64,000 nt of DNA from Candidatus Latescibacterota bacterium (lineage in GTDB: Bacteria > Latescibacterota > UBA2968 > UBA8231), in NCBI GenBank assembly GCA_965243025.1, contig CBDETY010000003.1, forward strand, positions 4,160,001 to 4,224,000, given 5' to 3'. The notes beneath the pieces are model-generated. The model searched no databases. It saw only the letters and a list, made by a program, of their open reading frames with translations, and had not been told where the DNA came from. This document shows positions 9,745 to 19,883 of this stretch, in pieces. Within the stretch, counting starts at the first letter, position 1; each line of letters opens with the position of its first letter. The position numbers and the translations under genes are program-made.

Positions 9745-10806
9745 CTAATCTCCCAGTGTGACCGGGGCTCCGGCCCGGCCCGATTCGTAAACGGCGTTGA
9801 TGATCTCCACGGCGTGGCGGGCGCTTGCCAGGGAAATCTCCGGGGAGCGGTCCTGGCGGATCGCCGCGACCATGTCGGCCACGATCCCCGTGTGACCGTC
9901 GAAGCTCGCCGCCATCGGATCGGCTGCTCCGCTTCCCCTGGCGGCCCCGGCTCCGAAGCGCCCGAGAAGCTCCGCCTCTTCAGCGCCCTCCGGGTCGTCG
10001 GCGGTTTTCCAGCTCACCAGCGTCCCCTCCTCCTTGACAATCGAACCGCGGTCGCCGTAGAGGGTGATGCGCTGATCGTAGCCGGGATAGCAGCAGGTCG
10101 TCGTGTAGAGGGTTCCCAGGGCGCCGTTGGCGAAACTCAACACCGCGGCTGCCTGGTCTTCGGCTTCGATGTCGTGGGCGAAGATGCCGAACCGCCCGAA
10201 CACGCTCTCGACCTTTCCGGCGAACCACTGCAGCAGGTCGACGGTGTGCACGCCCTGGTTCATCAGCGAACCCCCTCCGTCCATGCTCCAGGTGCCCTTC
10301 CACGAACCGTGGGCTCCTGCGTAGTACTCCCCGGCGCGGTACCAGGGCAGGTGTCCGTGGACACCGATCAGCCTGCCGAGCCTGCCCGAGGCGACCGCTT
10401 CGCGTATGCGGATGTTCAGCGCGTTGAAACGGGCCTGGAAGATCCCCGCGGCCTTGACGCCGTTCTCCTCGCAGGCGGCGATCATCGCGTCGATCCGCTC
10501 GACGGCGATGTCCGCCGGCTTTTCGACGATCAGGTGTTTTCCCGCTCTCGCCGCCGGAATCCCCAGCTTTGCGTGCGACCCGGAAGGGGTGGCGATGTTG
10601 ACGACCTCGACAGCCTGGTTCGCCAGGAAACTTCCGTAGTCGGTGTAGCCCCGGCATCCGAACTCCTCGGCGCCGGCTTCGAGACGCTTCTCGTCGGCGT
10701 CGCAGACAGCGACGAGCCTGGCCCCTTCCGCCCTGTCGATCGCGTTGCAGTGGTGGCGGCCCATACCCAGGCCCACAACCCCGAATCCAATCTCGCTTGC
10801 CATCAT
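9745..10806 (-). CDS. Gfo/Idh/MocA family oxidoreductase
   Basis: GVVGLGMG, TPSGSH, EKP, DGGGSLMNQGVHTVDL. Confidence 0.92.
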   Translation of the reverse strand: MMASEIGFGVVGLGMGRHHCNAIDRAEGARLVAVCDADEKRLEAGAEEFGCRGYTDYGSFLANQAVEVVNIATPSGSHAKLGIPAARAGKHLIVEKPADIAVERIDAMIAACEENGVKAAGIFQARFNALNIRIREAVASGRLGRLIGVHGHLPWYRAGEYYAGAHGSWKGTWSMDGGGSLMNQGVHTVDLLQWFAGKVESVFGRFGIFAHDIEAEDQAAAVLSFANGALGTLYTTTCCYPGYDQRITLYGDRGSIVKEEGTLVSWKTADDPEGAEEAELLGRFGAGAARGSGAADPMAASFDGHTGIVADMVAAIRQDRSPEISLASARHAVEIINAVYESGRAGAPVTLGD

Positions 10807-11067
10807 TTCTCCTGAGGAACAGACGAAACTCCACAGCCGCCCGGCTGCGTCGAGGAGGAGGAGTTAGTATAGAGGGATCTTTCCGCGTTTGAAAGCCGGA
10901 AGAATCGACCCTTCCGGCCACCGTTTGCCGGCAGCTGTCGACGAGTTTGCCGGTGTAAATGCGAGGCCTCGCATCGTAGCGTGGCACCGGGGCGTACGCT
11001 ATATTCACCCTGCATTTTCTCATGCCCCTGCGGCAAATCCACACCTAGGCGCGAAGGTCGGACAGAG

Positions 11068-11847
11068 ATGAAATACGACATCGGTGACCTGTTGAACAGT
11101 TGGCCCTTCGATCCCGATGAGTTCATCGCGCGCAGGATAATCGCCAGAGACGGCACGGAAAAAATCCAGATCCGGATCGACATGGGCATGCTTCAGCTCG
11201 AGGTTTCCGGACGTCCGGACGGCCAGCGGCCGTTCGGCGCCGCCTCCCTTCTCGAACATTACGAAAGCAGTGCCGGCAAAGGGGCCGTTCCAGGCTACCC
11301 CGAGCTGGATGACGAGGCCTGCGAAGAACTGTTTCAGGAGGCTTGGCAGTACTACCAGCGCTATCTCAGTCTCTTCTACCTCGAAGATTACGCCGGGGTC
11401 ATCGAGGACACGGGGCACAACCTCGATATCTTCGACCTTGTCCAGCAGCGGGCGGCCAGCGACGAGGTCAAGTGGTACTTCGAGCAGTACTACCCGCACG
11501 CCATCATGATGCAGGCCAGGGCCAAGGCGATGCAGGCCCTCGACAAGGAGGATTACCGCTCCGCCCTGCGCGAGGTCGAAAACGGAATCGAGCGCATCGA
11601 GGGGTTCCTTGCCGAGTGGGAGGGCGAGACGATCGAAGAGGACTTCCCCGAGCTCTCCTTCCTCCGCGAATGGCACGAAGAGCTCGAGAAGGAACGCCCG
11701 CTCTCGCATCGTGAACAGCTCGAGAGGGATCTCAGCGTAGCGGTAGAGGCGGAAAACTTCGAAGAGGCGGCGCGCCTGCGGGACAAGCTGCGCACCATGC
11801 GGCCCTTCCTCAAGGGCCCGAGCGCCGAGCGCTCCAGCCTGACCTGA
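11068..11847 (+). CDS. Conserved protein with C-terminal UvrB/UvrC (UVR) motif
   Basis: Start MKYDIGDLL; IQIRIDMGMLQLE.SGRPDG.RP; C-terminal AVEAENFEEAARLRDKL. Confidence 0.8.
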   Translation: MKYDIGDLLNSWPFDPDEFIARRIIARDGTEKIQIRIDMGMLQLEVSGRPDGQRPFGAASLLEHYESSAGKGAVPGYPELDDEACEELFQEAWQYYQRYLSLFYLEDYAGVIEDTGHNLDIFDLVQQRAASDEVKWYFEQYYPHAIMMQARAKAMQALDKEDYRSALREVENGIERIEGFLAEWEGETIEEDFPELSFLREWHEELEKERPLSHREQLERDLSVAVEAENFEEAARLRDKLRTMRPFLKGPSAERSSLT

Positions 11848-11860
11848 TTTCCGGGCCGGG

Positions 11861-12673
11861 CTACTTCAACCCCAGCACATCCCCCATATCGTACAGCCCG
11901 GCCGGCGCCGAGGCGGCGAAGCGCACCGCCCTGAGCGCCCCCAGCGCGAAGGAGTCGCGGCTGGTGGCGTGATGCCTGAGCTCGAGGTACTCCCCCGGCG
12001 CGCCGAAGTAGACCGAGTGATCGCCGGCGAGGTCGCCGAGACGGACGGCGTGCACTCCGATCTCCTTGCGGGTGCGCTCCCCGACCGCGCCCTGGCGGCC
12101 GTGGACGGCCACCTCGTCGAGCGAGCGGTTCAGGCCCTCGGCGGCCCGCTCCCCCAGGCGCAGGGCGGAGCCGCTCGGGGCGTCGGCCTTGTAGCGGTGG
12201 TGGGCCTCGACGACCTCGACGTCGTAGTCGTCGCCGAGGATGCGGGCCGCTTCCTCGACGAGCCGGAACAGCACGTTCATGGCGGTCGAAAAATTGGGGG
12301 CGAATACACAGGGAACCGGGGCGACGGCGCTCCTGAACTCGGACAACTCGGAAGCCGACATGCCCGTGGTGCCGGCTACCAGGGGGGTGCCGCTCCTTCC
12401 GCAGGCGGCCGCGGTCTCCACGGTTGCCCCGGGGGCGGTGAACGCCACCACGACCTCGGTCCCCTCGACGAGATCCTCGGCCCGGGATCCCACTTGCACA
12501 CCGACATCGGAAGCGCCGATGACGGCGCCGACGTCGTCGCCGATGCTCGGGTGATCGGGATGCTCCTTCGCTGCCGCGAGGGTCAGATCTTCGCTTTCGA
12601 GGACGAGGTGGGCCAAGCGCTGTCCCATCCGTCCGGCGACTCCGTCGACCGCTACCTTGATCATCTTCGGCAA
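11861..12673 (-). CDS. dapB: 4-hydroxy-tetrahydrodipicolinate reductase
   Basis: GRMG, GTTG, APNFS, EAHHRYKADAPSG, SRDSFALGA; start may be ATG at 12664. Confidence 0.95.
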   Translation of the reverse strand: MPKMIKVAVDGVAGRMGQRLAHLVLESEDLTLAAAKEHPDHPSIGDDVGAVIGASDVGVQVGSRAEDLVEGTEVVVAFTAPGATVETAAACGRSGTPLVAGTTGMSASELSEFRSAVAPVPCVFAPNFSTAMNVLFRLVEEAARILGDDYDVEVVEAHHRYKADAPSGSALRLGERAAEGLNRSLDEVAVHGRQGAVGERTRKEIGVHAVRLGDLAGDHSVYFGAPGEYLELRHHATSRDSFALGALRAVRFAASAPAGLYDMGDVLGLK

Positions 12674-12697
12674 CCCTGTTTCAAGCTTCCAACCGTC

Positions 12698-13735
12698 TCA
12701 ATACGAGCTGTAGATCAACGACTCGTGAAGGGAGCTGTCGTGCAGCCTCGCCTCGACATCGACGCCGAAGAACTCGCCGACCGGGGCGAGCAGACCCGGG
12801 TCGTTCTCCCAGACCTGGCGCGCCGCGGCGACCACGACGTCGAGACCTGCGCGGGTGAGCTTTCCCAGAGGGGGGCGGCAGGGGCCGGCGGGCATGCCGA
12901 GGATGTTCATCAGCGTCTTGACCGGCAGGGGGTTGCGGAACTTGCACTGCACCGTCCCGTGCCCGGTCTGCTCGTCGACGGCGACCCCGACCATGCCGAA
13001 GAACGGCTGCATGTCGGCGGCCAGCCTGTCGGCCCCGGCGTGATCGCCTGACCCGAGAAGCCCGGTCATCCGCTGGACTCCTCCGGGGACCACGTTGGAC
13101 ATCACCGAGATCACACCCGCGGCCCCGATGTCTTCGCGCTTCATCATCTCGACCGTCTTGTCGTCGTCCCCGGAGAGGATATCGAAGCCGTCGCCGCACA
13201 GTCTCCGGGTCTTGGCCATGTTGTCGAAATCCCCCGTAGCTTCCTTGACCGCCGAGACGTTTTCGTACTGCCGCGACAGGATCGCGAGGTCCTCGGCGTG
13301 CATCATCGTTCCGGTGCGGCCAGGGATGATGTAGGGAATCACCTGAAGCTGGGGGTAATCCCTGGCCACGGGCTCGACGTACTCGCGGCGGATCTCGACG
13401 GAGCTGGGGCCGTTGTAGTACGGGTCTACCAGAAGCACCGCCTCGGCCCCGGCATGGGCGGCGTGGGAGGTCGCCTCCAGGGTCTCGCGGGTCGAGTTGC
13501 TGCCCGTACCGGCGACGGCGATGCAGCGGTCCCTGGTCTTGCTGCAGGTCCGCTCGACGACCTCGTTGTGCTCCTCCCACAGAAGGGTCGGGCTTTCGCC
13601 CGTGGTCCCCACGGCGATGATCCCCTGGATGCCGTTGTCGATCTGGAAATCGAGAAGGCGATCGAGTCCGTCGTAGTCGACACTGCCGTCTTCTTCCATC
13701 GGAGTGACAATTGCTGTGTACCCACCCTTGAACAT
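12698..13735 (-). CDS. dapA: 4-hydroxy-tetrahydrodipicolinate synthase
   Basis: MFKGGYTAIVTP, GTTGESPTL, GTGSNST, PYYN, KEA, LSGDD, NPLPVK; directly upstream of dapB. Confidence 0.93.
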   Translation of the reverse strand: MFKGGYTAIVTPMEEDGSVDYDGLDRLLDFQIDNGIQGIIAVGTTGESPTLLWEEHNEVVERTCSKTRDRCIAVAGTGSNSTRETLEATSHAAHAGAEAVLLVDPYYNGPSSVEIRREYVEPVARDYPQLQVIPYIIPGRTGTMMHAEDLAILSRQYENVSAVKEATGDFDNMAKTRRLCGDGFDILSGDDDKTVEMMKREDIGAAGVISVMSNVVPGGVQRMTGLLGSGDHAGADRLAADMQPFFGMVGVAVDEQTGHGTVQCKFRNPLPVKTLMNILGMPAGPCRPPLGKLTRAGLDVVVAAARQVWENDPGLLAPVGEFFGVDVEARLHDSSLHESLIYSSY

Positions 13736-13846
13736 TTCCTGCACCTTTGCTTGCAATTTTGAGCTTGTGTTCCTTTGCGCCGCGGCGGCTTAATTAAGAA
13801 GCCCCTCTCTACCAGTGTCAACAAAACCCACAGCCAGGAGACGCCG

Positions 13847-15037
13847 GTGAAAACCGAGGTGACCATGCGCTACGGTTGCAATCCGCACCAGACACAGGCG
13901 CGCTGTCACCTGCCGGGCGCAGAGCTGCCCCTCGAGGTGTTGAACGACGCCCCGAGCTACATCAACCTGATGGACGCCCTCAACTCCTGGCAGCTGGTCA
14001 GCGAGCTCAGGAGGGCGACCGGCCTGCCGGCAGCGGCATCCTTCAAGCATGTCAGTCCGGCCGGGGCGGCGGTGGGAATCCCGTTGCCGGAACCGCTGCG
14101 CGGCGCCCTGTTCGTACCGCGGGGTTTCCGTTTGACCCCGCTGGCCTGCGCCTACGCCCGGGCCCGCGGCGCCGACCGCCTCGCCTCGTACGGGGACTGG
14201 ATCGCCCTAAGCGACCCGGTCGACGCCGCCACCGCGGAGCTGATCCGCGTCGAGGTATCGGACGGGGTTGTCGCACCGGACTACGACCCCGAAGCCCTCG
14301 CCATCCTTCAAAAGAAAAGGGGCGGAAGCTACAAGGTTCTGCGCATCGACCCGGGGTATCAGCCCGGGCCGATGGAGACCCGGCAGATATTCGGTCTGTC
14401 GATGGAACAACGCCGCAACGACTTCGTCCCCGGCGAGGATTTCCTGAGCAACGTGGTGACGCGGCGCCGCGGCCTGAGCGAAAGCGCGGTGCGAGACCTG
14501 ATCGTCGCCACCGTCGCCGTCAAGTACACTCAGTCGAATTCCGTCTGTCTCGCCAGGGAGGGGCAGGTTATCGGAGCGGGGGCCGGCCAGCAGTCGCGCA
14601 TTCACTGCGTTCGGCTGGCCGCGGGAAAGGCGGACAACTGGTACCTGCGCCAGCATCCCCGCGTGCTGGACCTGCAGTTTCGCAGGGGTATCGGGCGCCC
14701 GGAGCGCGACAACGCCGTCGACCTGTTCCTTCAGGACGAGTTGGCGCAGGGAACGCTTTCTGCGGCCGAGGGCCGTTCCTGGGAACGCAGCTTCAGCAGG
14801 GTCCCCGAGCCGCTGTCGGGCGGGGAAAAACGGGAATGGCTGGCGGGATTGAAGGGGGTGGCCCTGAGCTCGGACGCCTACTTCCCGTTCCGCGACAACA
14901 TCGACCGGGCAAGCCGCAGCGGCGTCGAGTTCATCGTGCAGACCGGGGGATCGGCCATGGACCGGGAAGTGACGGAAGCCGCCGATGACTGCGGAATGGT
15001 CATGGTCCACTCAGGCATCCGGCTGTTCCACCACTGA
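13847..15037 (+). CDS. purH: AICAR transformylase (PurH C-terminal domain only)
   Basis: GTG after AGGAG; MRYGCNPHQ, SFKHVSPAG, KYTQSNS, GAGQQSRIHC, SSDAYFPFRD, RLFHH; no N-terminal IMP cyclohydrolase domain. Confidence 0.9.
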   Translation: MKTEVTMRYGCNPHQTQARCHLPGAELPLEVLNDAPSYINLMDALNSWQLVSELRRATGLPAAASFKHVSPAGAAVGIPLPEPLRGALFVPRGFRLTPLACAYARARGADRLASYGDWIALSDPVDAATAELIRVEVSDGVVAPDYDPEALAILQKKRGGSYKVLRIDPGYQPGPMETRQIFGLSMEQRRNDFVPGEDFLSNVVTRRRGLSESAVRDLIVATVAVKYTQSNSVCLAREGQVIGAGAGQQSRIHCVRLAAGKADNWYLRQHPRVLDLQFRRGIGRPERDNAVDLFLQDELAQGTLSAAEGRSWERSFSRVPEPLSGGEKREWLAGLKGVALSSDAYFPFRDNIDRASRSGVEFIVQTGGSAMDREVTEAADDCGMVMVHSGIRLFHH

Positions 15038-15041
15038 AGAA

Positions 15042-15815
15042 TCACAACGGCGCCAGCCAGCCGCCGTCGACGGGAAGGGCCACTCCCGTTATCCAGGCGG
15101 CGTCGTCGGAGGCGAGAAAGACGCAGGCCCGGCCGATGTCGCCGGGCAGGCCGAGCCGCGGCAGGGGGGTTTTTTCGCGGCACTCCTCTATCTGTTCGGG
15201 CGTCAGGTAATCCTGAATCGCGGTCTCGATGTATCCGGGACAGACCGCGTTGACGGTGATGCCGTCCGCCCCGACCTCCAGGGCGGTATCGCGGGTGAGG
15301 TTGACGACACCCGCCTTTGCCGGCGCGTAGGCGGGACCGCCGCCGCCGCCGAAAGCGTGCACCGATGCGATGTTGATGATTCGCCCGGCGCGGGATTTCC
15401 GCATGTGGGGCAGGACGTGCCTGGTGCCCAGGAAAACCCCCTTGAGATTGACGCCGATAATCCGCTCCCACTCCGCCACCGGGAGCTCCTCGCTGTTGCC
15501 GAGGGTGAAGATGCCGGCGTTGTTGACCAGGATGTCGACGCCGCCGAACTCCGATGCCGCGGCGGCCATCAGCTGCCGGACCTCCTCTTCCACCCCTACG
15601 TCGGCCTGGACAAACAGGCCCCTGGCGCCCAGCTTCTCCACCTCCTCCACGGTAGGGGTGGAGGTGTCCTGCTCGTGATACCTGCCCCGTTTCGGGGCCT
15701 CCTGAACGTCGGCGACGGCGACGTTGGCTCCCTCGCGGGCAAACTCGATGCACACCCCCCGCCCGATCCCTGAACTCCCCCCGGTTACGACTGCGGTGCG
15801 ACCCTCGAGAACCAT
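15042..15815 (-). CDS. SDR family oxidoreductase
   Basis: TGGSSGIG, NNAG, YAPAK, NAVCPG. Confidence 0.93.
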   Translation of the reverse strand: MVLEGRTAVVTGGSSGIGRGVCIEFAREGANVAVADVQEAPKRGRYHEQDTSTPTVEEVEKLGARGLFVQADVGVEEEVRQLMAAAASEFGGVDILVNNAGIFTLGNSEELPVAEWERIIGVNLKGVFLGTRHVLPHMRKSRAGRIINIASVHAFGGGGGPAYAPAKAGVVNLTRDTALEVGADGITVNAVCPGYIETAIQDYLTPEQIEECREKTPLPRLGLPGDIGRACVFLASDDAAWITGVALPVDGGWLAPL

Positions 15816-15926
15816 CGCTTGCTCCTGTGTGCTGTTGCCGCTGTTCCGGTGATGTCTCGCTGCGAACCGGTTGTGCAAGGTAACCGGCTGCGGAAATCGG
15901 AGTCAACACGTCCTCTCTCGACCTCC

Positions 15927-16550
15927 ATGCTCTCTCCCCCTGCTCTGACCTGGCTCGCCCTGGCGACTCTCGCGGCCTCCACATCCGCCCAGCCACCGGG
16001 AGACGCCGGGGCCGACACCGCCGCCTACTACCAGCACCTGCGCCACATTCGCGCCGTCAAGGACAGCCTGCTGCGGGAGGAGGGCTCGCCGATTCCCGAA
16101 AGGGAACGAGGGTCGTTCGCGGGGCTGAGCTATTTCCCTCCCGAGGCCGGGTTCCTCGTCGAGGGAGACCTCCATCTCTACGGCCGCAGCCGACGGATTC
16201 TCAGCGCCACCAACACCGACTCCCTGCTCCCCGTGGTCCGCTACGGCCGCTTCGTCTCGGAGTTCTCCGGGAAGCGGTTCTGGCTCGAGATCTACCTGAC
16301 CGAGGCTACCGATGAGCTGGCCGTCTTCTTCACCGATCCCACCAACGGCGAGTCGACCTACGGCGGCGGACGGTACGTACCGGTTCATTGCGGAGAGGGG
16401 GGCCGCTGCGTCATCGATTTCAACGAGTCCTACAATCCGTACTGCGCCTACGACGAGCGCGCTTACATATGCCCGATGCCCCCGCCGCAGAACAACCTCC
16501 CCTTTGCGGTGACGGCGGGAGAAAGAGCCTACACCGGGCCCCCGCCCTGA
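15927..16550 (+). CDS. DUF1684 family exported protein
   Basis: Signal-peptide-like N-terminus; FTDPTNGESTYGGGRY, IDFNESYNPYCAY...CPMPP..N.L. Confidence 0.88.
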   Translation: MLSPPALTWLALATLAASTSAQPPGDAGADTAAYYQHLRHIRAVKDSLLREEGSPIPERERGSFAGLSYFPPEAGFLVEGDLHLYGRSRRILSATNTDSLLPVVRYGRFVSEFSGKRFWLEIYLTEATDELAVFFTDPTNGESTYGGGRYVPVHCGEGGRCVIDFNESYNPYCAYDERAYICPMPPPQNNLPFAVTAGERAYTGPPP

Positions 16551-16839
16551 AACCCTGCCATCGGGTTACCGCATCGGGTATTTCGCTGGCCGGCAATACG
16601 CTCCTGCAGCCCTGGCGCCGTTTCCCTATATTTCCGGGGAGATTCCTCAGGGAATTCCTTCCTTTTTTGCGCAGCCTCCCCGGCTGCCTTCGGCTCCTCC
16701 CCCTGACATACTGCCTCTTTTCTGAACAGAGGCACTGCGATTCGGCCCCTGCGGGACCGCCTCTTCGGTGAGGTGTCGTTCCCGCTCGATCCCGGCGGCC
16801 CCGCACCCGGACTGCCAGGCCATTGGAAAGCGAACCCCC

Positions 16840-18138
16840 ATGACCTCTATTCGGCATCTACCCGGACCGACCATCCAGTCCCGGGAGGCGGTCGACCTCG
16901 AAGAGAGTTCTCCGGAATCCTACCTCTTCTTCAACGAGACCACGCGAAAATACGTCCAGGCCTACAGGCAGCTCGAGGAGCAGTTCGAATATCTCGACGC
17001 AAAGCTCGAAGAGACCAACAACCAGCTCCGGCAGAGCCTGGAGGAGAAAGACCGTGTCAGCAAATACCTGAACAACATCCTCGAGAGCATGAGCGGGGGC
17101 GTCCTCGTCCTCGACCTCGAGGGCAGAATCACCCTGTTCAACCAGGCGGCCGAGGAGATCACCGGCCGCAGCCAGGAGGAAGTGCTCGGACGCCGCTACG
17201 AAGAGGTCATGGGGGAGGACGCGGGCGGGGGCAAGTCCGCCCTTTACACGCTCGACTCCGGGACCGGCCTGCAGACCCGGGAGAAGGAGCTGAAGCGCTC
17301 CGATGGACGCACGATCCCCCTCGGCTTCAGCTCATCCCTGGTCAGGGATCACAACGGCGAGGTTCTCGGCGCCCTCGAGGCTTTCAACGACCTCACCGAG
17401 GTGAAACGCCTGGAAGCGCAGGTTCAGCGCATGCACACCCTGGCCGCCCTCGGCGAGATGGCGGCGACCGTGGCCCACGAGATACGCAACCCCCTGGGGG
17501 GCATCGCCAGCTTCGCCAACCTGCTGGAACGCGACCTCGATTCCGGCGATCCGAACAGGCGGCTGGTCAGCAAGATCACCGAGGGCGTTGCCCGTCTCAA
17601 CCGCATAGTATCGAGCCTGTTGAGCTACACCAGGCCGCTGAACCTGAACACCCGGACAGCCGACATCCGCGAAGTCGTCGAGGAGGCTGCCGCCTTCTTC
17701 GAGGTCGATCCGGAGGGCCGGTCCGGGGAAGTAGTGATCGAGCGCTCGTATCCCGAGACCCCACAGGCTGTCGAACTGGATACCGAGCAGGTGCACCAGG
17801 TCGTCCTCAACCTGCTTCTCAACGCCGCCCAGGCGATGCCCGGCGGCGGGGTGATCCTCCTGGAGGTGCTGCGCGAAGGGAACGCGGGGGAAACGCAGAT
17901 CCGCGTTCGCGACGAAGGGCCCGGAATCGATGCGGAAACACGGGAAAAGCTGTTCACTCCCTTCTTCACGACCAAGGAGGACGGCACCGGCCTCGGGCTG
18001 GTGACGTCCAAGAAAATCGTCGAAGCCCACGGCGGGCGTATCACCCTCGAGAGCAATCCCGGGGAGGGCAGTTGTTTCACCATCGCCCTTCCCACCAACC
18101 GACCGGAAAGACAATGCCAGACAAACGCATTCTCGTAG
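16840..18138 (+). CDS. PAS-domain sensor histidine kinase (NtrB/FleS-like)
   Basis: Coiled coil plus PAS; H box AHEIRNPL; N box NAAQAM; DEGPGI, PFFTTK, GTGLGL; start uncertain. Confidence 0.92.
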   Translation: MTSIRHLPGPTIQSREAVDLEESSPESYLFFNETTRKYVQAYRQLEEQFEYLDAKLEETNNQLRQSLEEKDRVSKYLNNILESMSGGVLVLDLEGRITLFNQAAEEITGRSQEEVLGRRYEEVMGEDAGGGKSALYTLDSGTGLQTREKELKRSDGRTIPLGFSSSLVRDHNGEVLGALEAFNDLTEVKRLEAQVQRMHTLAALGEMAATVAHEIRNPLGGIASFANLLERDLDSGDPNRRLVSKITEGVARLNRIVSSLLSYTRPLNLNTRTADIREVVEEAAAFFEVDPEGRSGEVVIERSYPETPQAVELDTEQVHQVVLNLLLNAAQAMPGGGVILLEVLREGNAGETQIRVRDEGPGIDAETREKLFTPFFTTKEDGTGLGLVTSKKIVEAHGGRITLESNPGEGSCFTIALPTNRPERQCQTNAFS

Positions 18139-19556
18139 TCGACGACGACTCGTACGTCCGCGGGGCGACGGCGGAGATCCTGATTCGCAAGGGGTATGAC
18201 GTCGAAACCGCTTCGCAGGCCAGGGCGGCCCTGGAGCGCCTGGAGAATGACGAATACGACCTGCTGCTTTCAGACATCAAGATGCCTGGCATGGGCGGGC
18301 TCGAGCTGCTCGAGCGGGTGAAATCGAAGTGGCCCGAGATGCACGTAATCCTGATGACGGCCTACGGAACCGTCGAGGATGCGGTCGAGGCGATGAAAAA
18401 GGGGGCCTACGACTACATCGAGAAGGGCTCGGAGTCGACGACCTCGGAAACCGAGATCGTCGTCGAGCGCGCGCTTCGATTCCAGGAGACGGTGCGCGAG
18501 AACCGGCGCCTGCGCTCCGAGCTGCAGGACAGGTACAGCTTCAGCGGCATGATCGGCAACAGCCAGGGCATGGAACAGGTGGTCGACCTGATCGGCACGG
18601 TGGCCGACAGCCGCGCCACCGTTCTCGTCACCGGCGAAAGCGGGACCGGCAAGGAGCTGGTCGCCAGGGCCCTGCATTACAACAGCAGCCGCCGCAACGG
18701 CCCCTTCGTCCGCCTCAACTGCGCCGCCCTTCCCAAGGAGCTGATGGAAAGCGAGCTGTTCGGCCACGAGAAGGGGGCGTTCACGGGTGCGATCAAGCAG
18801 ACCCGGGGCCGCTTCGAGATGGCCGACGGCGGTACCCTTCTACTCGACGAGATCAGCGAAATGGACCTCTCCCTGCAGGCCAAGCTGCTGCGCGTGCTGC
18901 AGGAACGGGAGTTCGAGCGTATCGGCAGCACGAGGACGATCTCCGTCGACGTCCGTATCGTGGCGACGACCAACCGGGACCTGGTCGAGGAGGTCGAAGA
19001 GGGGAACTTCCGCGAAGACCTCTTCTACCGCCTCAACGTGATTGAAATCCGCCTGCCTCCTCTCAGGAAGCGAAGGGAGGATATCGCCGCTCTCGCACGC
19101 CATTTCGTCCAGCGATTCAACGACGACAACGGCAAGCGGATCGAGGGAATCTCCGACGAGGCCCTCGAGCTGCTGATGGAGTACGACTGGCCCGGCAACG
19201 TGCGCGAGCTGGAGAACCAGATCGAGCGGGCGGTGGTGGTTTCCCGCCGGCCCATGCTCGACGTCGCCGACTTCCCGCAAACATTCGAACGGGGCGGCCC
19301 CAGGCGCGGAGGGGAAGACCTGCAGGTCGGCCTCACCGTCCGCGAGATGGAACGCCGCCTGATCATGGGGACCCTCGAGGCTTTCGGCGGAAACCGCACC
19401 GATGCGGCCGCCCAGCTCGGCATCAGCACCCGAACCCTGCGCAACAAGCTCCACGAGTACGGCGCCATGGACGCCTTCAAGGAGGGCGGCAAGCCGGCCG
19501 TGGCCGCTGACGAAAACGGCCACAGCGAACCTCTTACCGCCCTTCCCCGAAGCTGA
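18114..19556 (+). CDS. Sigma-54-dependent response regulator (REC-AAA+-HTH)
   Basis: From [12 protein letters not shown]; [43 protein letters not shown]. Confidence 0.95.
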   Translation: MPDKRILVVDDDSYVRGATAEILIRKGYDVETASQARAALERLENDEYDLLLSDIKMPGMGGLELLERVKSKWPEMHVILMTAYGTVEDAVEAMKKGAYDYIEKGSESTTSETEIVVERALRFQETVRENRRLRSELQDRYSFSGMIGNSQGMEQVVDLIGTVADSRATVLVTGESGTGKELVARALHYNSSRRNGPFVRLNCAALPKELMESELFGHEKGAFTGAIKQTRGRFEMADGGTLLLDEISEMDLSLQAKLLRVLQEREFERIGSTRTISVDVRIVATTNRDLVEEVEEGNFREDLFYRLNVIEIRLPPLRKRREDIAALARHFVQRFNDDNGKRIEGISDEALELLMEYDWPGNVRELENQIERAVVVSRRPMLDVADFPQTFERGGPRRGGEDLQVGLTVREMERRLIMGTLEAFGGNRTDAAAQLGISTRTLRNKLHEYGAMDAFKEGGKPAVAADENGHSEPLTALPRS

Positions 19557-19883
19557 CCGCCCCCCTCCGGTTGTCCGTCCCGGTAACCGGTCCTGTTCCA
19601 CCGGTTCCGCAAGATTGATTCCGGGCCCTCGGCGGGCTACCTTTCCGCGCCTTGAACGGAAGCCCGGTCCCGTCGGCCAGGACCGTCGATGGCAAACGGA
19701 GAAGGCGGGAAATCGTTCACCCGCCACCCCGTCGACAGAAAATCCGGCTACCGGTGGGGCTTTTTTCCGGGCAGCGCATCCCGTCCCTTGAAAACCGGAT
19801 GTCCTCGCTTGACCAACACCGCCAGGATGGGATCCCCGTAGCAGCGGGTCACACCGCTGCCGCCCTGAGTTCTTCCCGATGAC

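Noticed and set aside
10982-10997. TGGCAC half-site as a sigma-54 promoter
   Set aside because: No TTGC/GC at the -12 position.
13736-13846. ZTP (pfl) riboswitch upstream of purH or lysine riboswitch upstream of dapA
   Set aside because: The spacer is only about 110 bp, shared by divergent genes, and has none of the conserved motifs.
19689-19770. Possible c-di-GMP-I riboswitch (GGCAAAC...GACAGAAAATCCGGCTA followed by a T-run)
   Set aside because: The P2 region is too long and lacks a GNRA tetraloop, and GACGCAAA is not matched. Only an Infernal hit could rescue it.
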